Source of the DNA: Ptychomitrium polyphyllum | Lineage: Eukaryota | Direction: 5' to 3' | DNA length: 64,000 bases | Assembly: GCA_973851085.1 (NCBI GenBank) | Contig: OZ316776.1 | Location: 3,100,001 to 3,164,000 of the forward strand | In this document: piece after piece, positions 1 through 12,440 of the stretch | Layout: each line of letters starts with the position of its first letter | Numbering within the stretch: the first letter of the stretch is position 1 | The notes under the pieces: generated by a model | Databases searched by the model: none | What the model saw: the letters and a program-made list of their open reading frames with translations, nothing else | Told to the model about the DNA's origin: nothing | Translations under genes and position numbers: made by a program

Positions 1-72
1 GCCAGAGGCGTTTGGCATACAAAATCAGCAGGAACAGAAGCAAAAACAAACAAACAAACAAACAGTACATAC

Positions 73-2008
73 TTTCTGCGACCACCAAATCTAGTTCCAT
101 CTCCACCATCTCTTCCGAGCCCTCCGCCCGTACCCTCTAACCGTGGCTCTGATGAAAGTAAACCTCCTCCAGCTGCCTCTCTATCTGTGTGCTCGTAACA
201 AATCATGTATGCACGTAAAGAAGCAATAATCAAAGGGGTTAGGAAAGAAAGCTCTGTAGGACGAATAAAATATAATAAAATATAAAATAAGTTCAGCTTG
301 AATATTCAACAAAAGCACCTCCTGCTTGCTCAAAGGTTCTAAGCTTTGACAATGTATTTAAGTATATAAATCTTTGCAGTAATAATTGTACTGACCTCTT
401 CTAAGTTCTTCTTCAAACTTTTTCAGGTCTTTATCTAGCCGTTGAATATGACCATCAACCTGCAGGACAAACGCTAGTTAATAGTATGATTCTAATTGAT
501 TGGTGTTGGATTTAAAGTACTCAAACCTCTATCTGTGTTCTCAAGGTAAAATCTTTTAACCGATAATAGAGGTATCTCATAAAACCAGGATGGCTAACAG
601 AAGGAAAACTCACCAAAGAAATATAAAAGCATATAAGTGATTGCGCTTACCAAATCATAAGTCTGTACAGCTAGAAATACTTTTTCCTCCGCTATTGTAA
701 GACATGCCTTGTGAACATTCAGAACTTCGTTTGAATGCTGAAGAGCGACACCATCAGTTGCAGTAGTTCCGGATTCCTTCACTTTTCTCACGTCATCCAG
801 CCCCTTTATTAATTGCACCTGCATGTGTTTCTGCAAAGCTGCATCACAACAACCATAAGCAATTAATGATCTAATGCTGACTAACCTCCCTCACGTGATC
901 AGAATTTTCGTAGCAAAAACGTGAAGTTGGTCTGCCTGAGAACAGAATGATTGTTTGAGTTCCAGCAAGAATACTCAAAACTCACATTGGAATTTCTGAT
1001 CCAACTCTCGCAGTAGCTGGTAGTTTTTTTGTAGCTCAGTTGGAAGTGTCTGCACACCTGAACAATTCATCACGAAAATAGATCAATGAAATTAATAAAT
1101 CGTACCAAATGAAAATGCCCTTTGAAAGATACAGATCATATTAGGATAGGAACATTTCAACATCTTAAAACCATATTAGCAGGAAAACGGAGAATATAAT
1201 CATGACCGCAACTACTAGGACAACGTGAAAGGCTTCAAGAAACCTGTAAACCAAAAAGGCTATGCATAAACTGTAAACAAGAAACTTATGCTTGCAGTTA
1301 GGTATAGACCAAAAAGGTGGAAGTTTTGGACGTGGGACTCATGTTCCTCAATACAGACTATAAATAGAATTGAACATGATGGCACAGATTATTATCCTCC
1401 TCCTGCTCCGCAGATAAAAGGTGAGAAAGCACGCTAAGAGCAATGCTATCAGCAGACTTCCCACCTTCTACCTCTGGGTCAGGAGGAAAACTACCCAACA
1501 TGGCACCTGCATCAGCACCAGCACCGGCACCACAATTCGAAAGGAAAATGACCAAAAATAAATAACAGTGTAATTTGAAGTTATCTTCACGACAGATGTA
1601 GTATATACGGTATTTGGGCTAACAAAGGGACCATCTCATCCTAACAAGAAGTCAAACATACTAAGAGTATTGCAAATTATTATGCTAAATTATTATGCTA
1701 AAGCCAAGAGTGTTGCAAATTAGTATTGCAAATTATTATGCTAAAGCCAAGAGTGCTTACAAAAACAAGTATTAACAACTTCGTACGTATCTAACAAGAT
1801 TGCTTGATCGTAAACGATCTCAATATATCTGATATGAAATAAAGACGTTGTAAATGAAAGCAGGCAACTCATCCCATAAACAACTTAATCAAAGGCCATT
1901 CCACCCTAACCAAATTAATCAAAGGCCACAACTAGCAAGTTCGCAAAGCTACAAGATGAAATAGAAATTAGAGACTGTACTCGAAACGAAGTCTTCCAAG
2001 TAAGTCAT
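73..2008 (-). CDS. ING1: ING-family (ING1-like) chromatin reader, 5' five coding exons; the 3' end with the expected PHD finger lies left of the window
   Basis: Exons 2008-1981, 1057-986, 838-651, 459-396 and 184-73, all GT-AG and in phase. They translate MTYLEDFVSSVQTLPTELQKNYQLLRELDQKFQ...CLTIAEEKVFLAVQTYDLVDGHIQRLDKDLKKFEEELRR, the ING N-terminal coiled-coil signature. Confidence 0.88.
1663..1755. repeat. Imperfect short direct repeats in ING intron 1
   Basis: Repeated blocks ttgcaaatta(ttatgctaaa) and agccaagagtg. Confidence 0.6.
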
Positions 2009-2266
2009 GTCGGTGGCGAGTCCCCAAACCCCACCACCTCGAGAGCTGAACAATAAGACTTTGCTAAGCTATTCAAGTGTGGCAACGCCACCGACCGATC
2101 GGCCCCCGTCTGGTCCAATTATGCGTTCTGGATATAACAGCGACACAAAGGGAACAATCTCCTCAATGCTTCTCGGAACATCCACTTTTCCTCTGCACAA
2201 ATTTCAATAGCAAAAACCACAATCTGATCACCAAAACCAACTCTGTTTAACCAATCACTTAACAAA

Positions 2267-2787
2267 AAACCCTAAATTTGGAGAAAAACGCTTTCACCCC
2301 CAGAAAAGCACATCACATGATACATCTCCAACTATTCGAACAATGCAAAAAAACTACAACCACAGCAACACTGCATAGATCACACAATTCCTTCAATTAC
2401 CGAAATCGTCAAAACGAAATCCTAACACCCTAAAAAGAGTACACGGTCCCAAACACATTAGGAACTCTACAAACAGTTTTGAAACCGTGGAGCACACTGC
2501 AAGCGAGCTGGAGGATACGAAGATGTGGTAGAAACGTAAGTTGGAGGAAAGCAGAGCCCCAACCACAACGACTGATTGTTCCGAACAAGAAACATGCAAG
2601 TGGCTATGACTCTGCAAACCCTAATCTAAGTAACTCCATCTTGCGTCGAGATTTGTGCCAAAAAAGCATGACTCACTTAAGTGCGGCAACGGCAATACAG
2701 GGCAGTGAGTCTAACCTTACTGAAAGGGGCAATTGGGCGGGCTCGACGACCACCCGCAGATGGTGCGTCCAAGCGTGAAACCCTAGG
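2267..2787. promoter_or_regulatory. Telo-box-like motifs (AAACCCTA) upstream of the ING start codon
   Basis: aaaccctaa near 2267 and 2617, aaaccctag near 2778. The same motif occurs upstream of NUP50 (about 30161 and 30244). Function is inferred only. Confidence 0.4.
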
Positions 2788-3380
2788 CTTCGAAAGAGCA
2801 AATGGGGAACCACGGCTCTCGCTGTCCACGACCCCGTGCAAGAGAGAAACCCCAAAACCGTCACTACGCTCAAATCCGCCATCGTCTACTAGGAACGCAC
2901 CTTCTTCTCTCCGAATCCTAGATGCTGTCAGTGAGACGTACCACTGTATTGACAGTAGAAATAATCTACACGACTCTTATGCTTCTGGAAGCAGAAATGT
3001 GAGCCGCCTGTAGATGATGTCGGTTTTCCGTATGGCCACGGTTTTGGGTGCACGTTTCGAACCTGGTGGGTTGGTACTGTTCGGGAGGTCTAGAATGGGA
3101 AGGTTGATGGACTGTGGGAGGTAGGAACTGAGGTTAGGAACTGAGGAGAGATGGAGTGCGTCGGACTAGCGGCGCTAGAGCAGAAAGTCATCTCGATATT
3201 GTCCATTGCAGATCTGGTTGATTGCAGACAGTTCCCTTGTAGTTGGTGTAGAATCAGGGCGGTCGTGTACTTCAACTCCGCCACTTCGGTTAGAAACGCC
3301 ATGGAGTTCGGCCAACTCGGATTTGTTGCTAAAGGCAAAGTCCTCAAAAGTGATCCCCTTCCAACAAGAATCCTCGTTCT

Positions 3381-3448
3381 AGAATGATGCGGTTGTGGAT
3401 AGGACATACTATTGAGAATGATGCGGTTGTGGATAGGACATACTTTTG
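3381..3448. repeat. 34-bp tandem duplication
   Basis: agaatgatgcggttgtggataggacatact(a/t)ttg occurs twice, with one mismatch. Confidence 0.9.
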
Positions 3449-4914
3449 AGTGTTAAGGTATTTTAAGACTTCAAAAAATTTGGATCCATCATTATATTGC
3501 ATGAAAAAACGAGTACTAAGGTATTCCTAACATGTCTATATATAATTACTATGTTTTCTCGAGTATTGTAGGAATAGAAGTTGTAATTCTGCTTGTAAGC
3601 ATAGATGTATTGCTTAGTTTTACAAACATACGTTAGATTTTACACAATGTTACTATTAATTGAATTTTGATATTGTACCCATTTTACATTCCAAAATGAA
3701 TTCTTTTTTTTCAATCACCAACTACAACATTTTGTTTTTTAAAATTTCTTGTTAAAATGTTAGAAACACTTCAATTCCTCACAAATAAAGAATTTATTTT
3801 CCAACCACATGGCCCTTGCATATTTGTTCTCTTTATTTGTTAATGACAACTCTAAGGCCTTGCCTTGTATTTGCTTGTTATCTTGATTTATCAATTATCT
3901 TAGATAAAAGGTATTCAAAATAAAAGACGTAATGAATGAAAAAATATACAATTTTTTTTCATATTATATTCCAAATATAAATACCTTTATTTTTTATACC
4001 AACTACAGTATATTATTTCTTAAATAAATTTCGATAATGATGGAAGCACATTAGCTCTTAATAATTAAAAGCTACTTTTTCTACTTACGAGGTTCTAGTT
4101 ACTATTTGTAAAAAAAAATGTATTTTAATTTATTTAAAAAAAACACACAATAAAAGATAGAATGAAAGGTATACAAAATATAAGATATAATATAAGGCAA
4201 AATTGAAGAAAGTATTTATATCCATAATACATCTGTTGCATATTACTTCTAGATAAATCAAAAGATTTTATTCCTAACTATGGAGATATAGTACTTTAAT
4301 ACATATGTATGCAAAATCATATATACCAATATATATAAATATATGTGCACACCTGTATACATGCATACATATACACATATGAATATACAAATGTGCTCTT
4401 TGAAATCCATATATTTGTCAATTTCTATGCATACAAAATATGTTTATATTTAAAAACACGCAAATATTAATACTTGGTGTTTTTTGGATCTTTATATTTT
4501 GAGGAAGTTGTGGTCTACCAGTTGCATGACAAGCTTTTGTTTATGGTTATGATGTGGTCTTTACTATGTCATACAATATTTTTACCTCAGGGTTACATCT
4601 ACCTTCCTCTCCTCCTCCTTTGTAGCATTGCAAGTTTGATATATTTTTCTCCTTGATAGAATGTTTTGAACTTTTGGGTTTATTATAGAGCTCTATTTTC
4701 TATCTCTTTGTTAAGACATCTTATCTTTTTGTATATATTATATGTTAGGAATATAAGAAAGAGTAGACATAAAATAGTTCCCAATAATTAGCTTCCAAAG
4801 ACCTAATGATTTACAAGAATTGATATAAAGACTAGAACAAGGATATGATACAATATAATCTATAATTTGTATTGGCAAGACTAAGGTATACTTTGTTTTA
4901 TTTCTTATTTATAC

Positions 4915-5125
4915 TGTGACGTTTGTGTTTCCTAGGATATTTCTAAAGAAGTTTCTTATGAAGCTTTAAAATGTTTTAGAAGTCTATAAAGCTTTTATAA
5001 GAAGTTTTTCAAGGGAATGAAATGGCTATGGAAGCATTGAAAGTATTCTAAGAAGCTACTATGATGTATTGTAGAAGGATTTAGAAGGTTTTAAAAATTG
5101 TGTTGTAAAATCTATGATAATAACA
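4915..5125 (+). mobile_element. Degenerate dispersed repeat, probably an LTR-retrotransposon LTR fragment
   Basis: 5041-5116 aligns by eye with 25165-25238 (aagtatNctaagaagctNctatNatgtat...tagaagNttttaaa...atctatg). The LTR assignment is inference. Confidence 0.4.
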
Positions 5126-6399
5126 TGTAAAACAATAACAATGTTGGTAAGGTAGAACCAATAGCATCTAACCTTGGATTATTTTAAAAACAAAATAGAC
5201 CAGCACTTCTTAAAAGATTTTCTCCTATATCGACAATAAAAGCGTGATTAAGGATTTTACATTGTTCTCCTCCTTCCATATTCTAAATAAGTATTCTAAA
5301 CCAAAGGCACTTAACATGGATGCAGAGAATAATGCATTTTAAGACCGCAAAGTGTTTAAAAAGCTTACCTCTAAATCCTCAAATTCCCCCATTATTGCAC
5401 CTAATATTCTACTTGAATGGTTCTTGCCAACATTGTAAAGCACAAGACATCGTGTCTAACTAAAATAAGTGTATAGCATTATTGCAATGATTGCAAGAAT
5501 GGTTCAATGGTGACCCTGCATAAAAGCTTCAAATGAGCCAAGGGCGTCCTAAAATCCTAACACCTAATTTTTCCTACCTAAACCGCTGTAGAAGAAGTTG
5601 CATTACAAAAGCTATTAATTTTTACTTTGGAAAACCTTCATTTTAGGCACAAACATACCTTTTGAGATACAAGAATTCTAACCCCAGGGTGGAGGTGATA
5701 CAAGAGAGCATTATATGTCTAAGACATGGCATCCATGGCTAGTATTTTGTGGACGGGGCGGAACACCACGCAAAGTCTTCGGAGGATTAGAATAATGGCA
5801 GCTAAAATTATCCGCCATGGAGTAAAGACGGAGAATGGATCAATCAAGCTGGCCATTGCGGTACATTGCGGATGTTGTCGCACCACTCTACCTTCACTAT
5901 AGAAGATTTAACCTTCTCCTTCAATGCATATGTATATGCAACGTGATATGAATGCATATGCAACACAATATTGTTTTCCGCTTGAAAGTTAAGGTACACA
6001 AATATTGAAGGGTCATATTTTCATGTGGTTCCTATACGTAGTATGCAAAAAAACCTTATAGTCCCTTGTTGTCTATCTATCCGCATTTATGAATTTATCT
6101 TTTTTTTTTCTTTTACTATCATATAGAATTTTGTGTTACATGCTGCCACATCAAAGATATGATAGCGGCCATACTTCATTCAATATAAGAAATATATTTA
6201 TATTACCTCTATGATATGATAAAATGAGATTTGAACTGTCAAATTATTGTGTAGCTTAGCTGTTTTATTAGGAAAAAATTTGATTTGAAAGTTTGGTAGC
6301 ACAAATTGTTTGCCTTGTATTTCACATCTAATCTTGTAGAACACACCTTTTCGATGGCTGACAAACAAATGAAAACATAAAATTACATACATTGAAAAC

Positions 6400-8983
6400 A
6401 GTAGTCTCTGCCATCTGGATGCTAGGATACTTCAACATAGATAATGGATCTCCTACTTCTGTCTGGCGTGCGATCAGGTATCCACAACTTCAAGGCTCTG
6501 CAATTTTAAGTGTTAGATTTACAATCAGCACAAGCGATGATATGTGAAGAAGATCGGCACGGTAAGGATTCTGATGCTGAATATTTGGCAGAGGTATTTC
6601 GAATTCTAGAATGCTCCGTGCATTTAGGATTCTATAACGAGATGGGGGAGTGTAGAAGCAGGCTCTCGCAGGTCACATCAGACCTTACACAGTATAACTT
6701 AACACCAACTTGCACTTCCATACCCCTCTCAGTATGGCGCCCACCAGTTTAATTTATATTGTTGGTAATGTACATACAAGAGCACAAAGTGGCCTCAGAG
6801 AAATCGGACATCTACTTATGTGTCCTCCGACCTCTCATCTCCGAAATTGCAGTGCAGGACTGTGAACTGACGGCTGCTACGATACTGGAACATGAATTTC
6901 CTGGTGATTTCTTTGTCATAATCAGGGAGTTTTTGTTCAGAGTTCATAAATGTTGTAGCTTTTTATTAAGTTTGTTATCAATGGATCGTTGTGATGATCC
7001 AGTGGATACCGTTTGGTGAATTCAAAGAGAGGAATAGCTAGAACAGAGGATGGTGTTGAAGAAGATCTGCATTGCAACAATAGAAGAGCCGGGGCACAAG
7101 AGCTTCAAAGTGGACATGCAAGCAAGCACCGGCCGAAAGACCTCAGAATTTCTACTACAACGCTTGATGAACACTGCCAGAGATTTTAAACTTCGGAGTT
7201 GGCTAAACACGCCTCCCAGTTCGCTTTGATCCATATATACTCATAATATTTTATAAAGTTCTTCCAAAAGCCAATTAAGTGGACATGATCTCTAATATGA
7301 ACCACGTCCTGTTGATTTTCTCACCTTCTGCCTGTCTGGAGGTCCATCCAATTGCAAGAGCAGGTGTGGCTTTTGTGCCTTTTGGGATCTCTTGTATTCT
7401 GAGTGCACTTGGACTATGTCTTGCATTGCGGTCAGTTTCGTTCACAAGCACTCAAAGATTAGCACTAGTGCAGCTCCTAAATACAATTGAGGTCTTGCTT
7501 ATCTTGGACAATATGGACTTCGTTCGTAGGTACTAGGAGCATTCGCAGCATGGGTGCGGCTTAGTTTTGTTTGGGTTGGAATCTTCTGTATACTTTGCCC
7601 GTTACAAGTTGCTCATTTTACAGTTGAGTGTGACGATGTACTGGACAAATGAAGTACGGTCAAAATTAACTCTGCCTGTTGAAGTTCGTCAGGATTATGT
7701 ATCCTCTACCCCTACGATCTTGTAGTGATAGACCACTTGCACGGTCCAGGTGTTGTTTGGCAGCGGTTGTATAGTGAGCTCATCCTGCTGCGTTCTTATT
7801 TTGAGTTTGTGGCAATTTCACAAGCCCAGCGCAACTACCCTTGCTTTTCATCCGTTAGTGGCAGCTTCAGGTTCTGGACGCAGTTCTGAGGAACTTTTGG
7901 ATGCTGCAGTGGATGGCACGCCTCCCCTGTGAGTCCACCCCGACTGCTTGTATTTTGTGCTCGTGCATGAGCACAAATAGACAGAATTTTTAACAGCAAT
8001 CGCAGGTTCAGTGAAGGGATGTCACAACTTTGATTTCAATGGGAATCAGTTTTACTATGAGATGCGCAATACTGAAGACACTTTTAGATCAGAATTTGCA
8101 GCCCGATACGGTCATCTTCATTAGTTCTCGGCTCTAATCTTGTTAACAAGAATCACTTCGGGATCTGAGCTGGATACACTCGAAATATATTTTGTAATGA
8201 TTTTCTATACTGTATTTGTTGCAGCTGTGATGGAGCTTATTCGCTTTACTGCAAGTGGGAGGCAGCCCAAGTTGTCTGCCCACATGCCCCTGGTGGTGGT
8301 GTTGGTTCCGCAGGTTATAGCTTTGCGAACTTGCTTTGTTGCAACAGTTGAGGTATGGCGTCTAGATTGTAAAGGAAGAGAAGGTCGATGTTTCATTTAA
8401 ACGTTCCTGCAACGGAAACATTTCTATGATTGCTTCCTAAGAACAACTAGACTGCCGGTTAGCTACGACACGCTTTTGAAGAGATGGTCGGCATTTTGTA
8501 CGGGCTCAGCTGAGCTGGAAGGTACGTGGGCAAAGACGGAGTAGGTCCCATTACAAGAGTTCTGCAAAGAAACATGTCATGCTAATGGATTTGAAATAGC
8601 AAGGCAACAGATCCTTGATATGTAGAGACTACTTGAAATATAGTGAAGCAGCCACAGACAAAATCGAGCCCGCTGTTAGAATAATGCTTTTGCGCTTGAA
8701 ACTGTTTCCGAGACGTCGACGATGGTCTCCTTGCTCGTCTTGCGCGACTTCACCTGCACCGCTCTCCGTCACCGCCGCTAAGCGCCAGCGTCCCTCTTGG
8801 CGCTTGGTTTTTCCTTTCCCACCGCCGCCTTCGCCCCCTTTCCACCTTGAATGTTATCTTGGAGTCCACCAGCTTAGCACCACTGGGTCGCACCGCTTTC
8901 ACAGTGCGCGATCGCAGCACGCGCCCCACCACCTCTCCCTTCACGTTTGCTTCCGATAATTTCATGGTCTCTAATCTCGCCAT
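6400..8983 (-). pseudogene. Possible decayed protein-coding sequence, family not recognised
   Basis: GC-richer than the flanks, with short protein-like minus-strand segments (8983-8750, 7234-7022) broken by stops and frameshifts. Confidence 0.25.
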
Positions 8984-10212
8984 TCTTCAGTTTCCGCAAG
9001 TTCGCATTACCTCTCGTCCGCCTTCACTTTCATGCCAAGACCCCTCACATGCAAATTCAGTTCCACACCAAGTGAATTGATAGGAGTTTCCCAGCAGAGA
9101 GTGCAGGAGTGCGCGACGGAGTCGAACTCGGAGGTTGGCGTTGGCTTTCACGTATTGTTGTCAATCAAGACAGAACAGTCCTGGTGACGATAGAACGGGT
9201 GACCAAGGGTTCCTTGTTTAATATATTAATGAGGCTTATAATATCGTGCACAACAAAGCTGCCCCCAAGTGACTCAATTCAAGGATTTCTCAGGTAATTG
9301 CAATGTAGTATTAGTTCTATTTTTCTAAAAATGCGCTCGTAGGCCAGTGACACCTTGAGAGCTTCAGTGGAGTGGGTTTGCAAAATTTACCTCGCCCTAC
9401 TTGTACTCTAGAAGAAGCTGTGTCTCTACTTTGATCAATTGCTGCCTGCACCGATCAAGGTCATTCTGCGACATCTGAGAGTACTAAGCTGGATGGACGC
9501 CATCTAGATACACCATAGGACAGGGTTCACTGGTTTTTTCGATGAGCGCTTAAATGATTGAGGGTGACCGTAATGAGTGTTGCAAATGTGGACGATCAGC
9601 TCATGTGTGTAGTTGCGATTGGGAAAGATTAATTGTATCTCATTGCTGAAAAGGTGCAAGGTCCATTGTGTATACAATTACAACTTGTGTAGTGAAAACA
9701 AAAAGTAAGTTCAGAACTCTACTTTTCCAAGCCTGGTGGTTGGGTCCAAAATTGGACAGTCCTGTGAAACACCAGCTACCGAAACACCAGCTCCACCATG
9801 CCTATCCAGCAATGTACTATTCGCTGCATTTATGGTTTCATCCCGCATATCATAAAACAGACTTCTAGATAGTGTCAGTTTGGAGAAATTTGATCTGTAC
9901 AGCCACCTTTAAACAACAAATGAAATTCCGACCATGTCATCCTCAGCGAATGTGTTAACCAATGTCAAAAACATGCAGTTCTAATCAAGATGAGAAGTAC
10001 ATGTAGAGAACAAACTGATCACATCAAAATCCTAAACAGAACGGGTCTTAACGATCAGCATCCTGCTAATATAACGATGGCCACTAAACCATTCTCCCCA
10101 GCAATTCGAGTGCGGCGATTACTAATTTTCCAATCACTTGAGCTTTACAAAATAATCATGAGATGAATAGCCATTAAGACAGTAATAAGCAACAACGCGA
10201 GAACAGACATAC

Positions 10213-11522
10213 CGTAGATTTATCTGCAATTCTCTCCTTGAAAAGAATCAAGTCCTGCTCTTCTTTCAAGATCTCCAAGTCTCGCTCACTCAACGCCTGC
10301 ATTTGCCTAGTCTAATGTGAGCAAGGACATCCTCAAGTTCTAGGTGGTTACCTTGTAGAGCGAGCATAAGAATTATCAATGCAACTCTGGAACTCTCAAC
10401 ATATGCCGAACAAAACTATTGCAGAAAAAGCAAGCCCAACACTAGGTATCAATTAACAGATGGTGTGGATTGTATAAAAGTCGTGGAAAACGTAGAACGT
10501 CGTATTCGTTTAGTTGGAACTATTCCTCAAATTTGGGACTTCTCAGAACAGAATACTTGCATTTTTGGAATGTATGAAGTCACAATTACTTAATAATTTC
10601 CTTAGTTTCCACGAATATATACAAGTGTAATCAACAAAGCGCATCTTAAAACTTCTAAACTTGTTTTATAAGTATAGATATAGAGGTTCTAAAAAGAAAT
10701 TACCATGCTAGTACTACCCCTTTCTCTCTCCTGAAGGAAAACTACACGAGCATTGAGATCAACATCGGGCTTCTGAATAAGGGCTCGCTCCTTTTTGAAA
10801 AAGGAACGAGTTTCCGCCAACTCTCGGCAAGTATGAGCCAGAGGCTCTTCTCACATCTTCAAGGAATCCTCACGTCCATCCCCTAAGTTTCCACGGCTGA
10901 TAACCATACAATCACTGGTGTATAGAATACAATTATCAATTCCAAGTAATCTACACTGGTTATGGCCAAGAGGTTGCCCTTACCTATTTACCGACATTTG
11001 ACACAAAATTACATACTCACTCGAAAAGATAGAAGAGGCAATTATAGTATCCATTATGTACCTCCATCATAGGTACTGAAATCTAAGTTGTTATGTGGCC
11101 AGATGTTAGATCCGGGAATCTATTCAAAGAGACAACCTAATGGCCATTGTCATCACCGTAGAATAACAAGAAATCGTCTCTTTGCACCAGAAACAGGCCG
11201 TACCCACCCTCGTTCTGCTACTTGAAGAAGTATCCCTGTCGAGAAGCCTGCGACTTCCTGAAAGCTCAATAATAAACGTACAGTAAAATGGCAAGCTATT
11301 AGCTTAGGCAGGTAGCTTAATGAACGCATTTTCAGTTCATAAAATGAATATAAGGACCATAATCATGAATATAAGGACCATAATCATGAATATAAGGACC
11401 ATAATCATGAATATAAGGACCATATGGTCACATGAAGTGCATGCCGTGCTAGGAGCAGAACTTGTACTGTATCCGATGGAGAAACTCCGAGGTCGTCACA
11501 CAATGCTTTAAAACCATCAGGC
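10213..11522 (-). pseudogene. Chimeric pseudogene: DCN1-like (defective in cullin neddylation) fragment followed by unrelated coiled-coil-like exons
   Basis: 11522-11445 joined to 11257-11221 gives PDGFKALCDDLGVSPSDTVQVLLLA(R)KSQASRQGYFF, matching the DCN1-like pattern PEGIE.LC.DL.V...D..ILMLAWK..A.KQGYF. The acceptor is degraded (cac), the donor is GC, and an in-frame TAG sits at 11218-11220. Further exon-like blocks near 10876-10704 (internal TGA) and 10296-10213. Confidence 0.6.
11344..11424. repeat. 21-bp minisatellite, about 3.9 copies, inside the DCN1-like intron
   Basis: ATGAATATAAGGACCATAATC x3 plus 18 nt of a fourth copy, head-to-tail with no spacers. Confidence 0.95.
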
Positions 11523-12169
11523 GTGCACATACGTCAAAATACAAGCAACGCTTAGTTACATATAGCTTGTGACAACACGCAGGAGTCTATCGTCAGTGCA
11601 ATGGCATGGCAGCAAGCTCGCTTGAAGAGAACATTCTCAGAGATGCCATACGCTGGAATTTGCAACAGAAGGCTTCAGTACAATTTAAGAAATAACCAGA
11701 TTTCTACATCGTTTGGGCATAACTTAATTAACATTTCGTTTCAAGTTAACAACATTAGGTGTCTTACAGTTTTCATGTACTTAGTTCTCCAACATTGTAC
11801 TACCATACCTTTGTTGTGATATTTTTGAAACTGCTTTAACTAAACTCCGATAAGTCACTGATTAAGTCCTTCTAAGTCTATGATGTTTGTCAATAAGTGT
11901 TTCCCAGACATGAGGAAAGCAACTATACAGATGGCAGATTACACCTATGAGGAATATCTGCCACATCTTTCATAAGCTTGTTTCTGCACGATGAACCCAG
12001 CTCTACAGTAACAAAGCGAAAATGCAAACAGCACATCATAAATTCAATTACAGCAGACTATGAATGTTTAAGACTTCTTATAATATACACAATGATTATT
12101 CGATTTTATCAAACTGATCCTGTCACAGAACCATCTAGAGGATAACCACATTCATAAAGGCGTCAATTT

Positions 12170-12440
12170 CCATCACAATTGCCTCAAATTTCCGTGCCAA
12201 GAGTCTCACAATTTCTGTGTCAACTGTCTCACAATTCTCACAATTTAAGTGTCAAAGTGACTCACAATTGAAAATGTCAAGTGTGCACAATGCACAATGT
12301 CATTTTGCATTCAGATTGTGCACTTGACATTTTGTGATGCACAATTGTCTATAAATTGTGATGCACTTTACATTTTGAATTGTGCATCACAAAATCAAGT
12401 GCATCACAATTTATAGACACAAATTCACTGTTTTTGTGCA
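12170..12440. repeat. Foldback cluster of nested inverted repeats rich in (T/G)CACAAT; MITE-like or transposon subterminal remnant
   Basis: Perfect 23-bp inverted repeat 12346-12368 / 12397-12419. Also ttttgtgatgcacaatt / aattgtgcatcacaaaa and aaaatgtcaagtg / cacttgacatttt. Confidence 0.75.

Noticed and set aside
2393..3407. Several 70-110 aa ORFs upstream of the ING gene
   Set aside because: They fall in the likely 5' UTR and promoter; no motifs or consistent splice model.
11344..11424. CRISPR-like array, or the MNIRTII repeat ORF
   Set aside because: Head-to-tail 21-bp units with no spacers, in a eukaryotic intron; an ordinary minisatellite.
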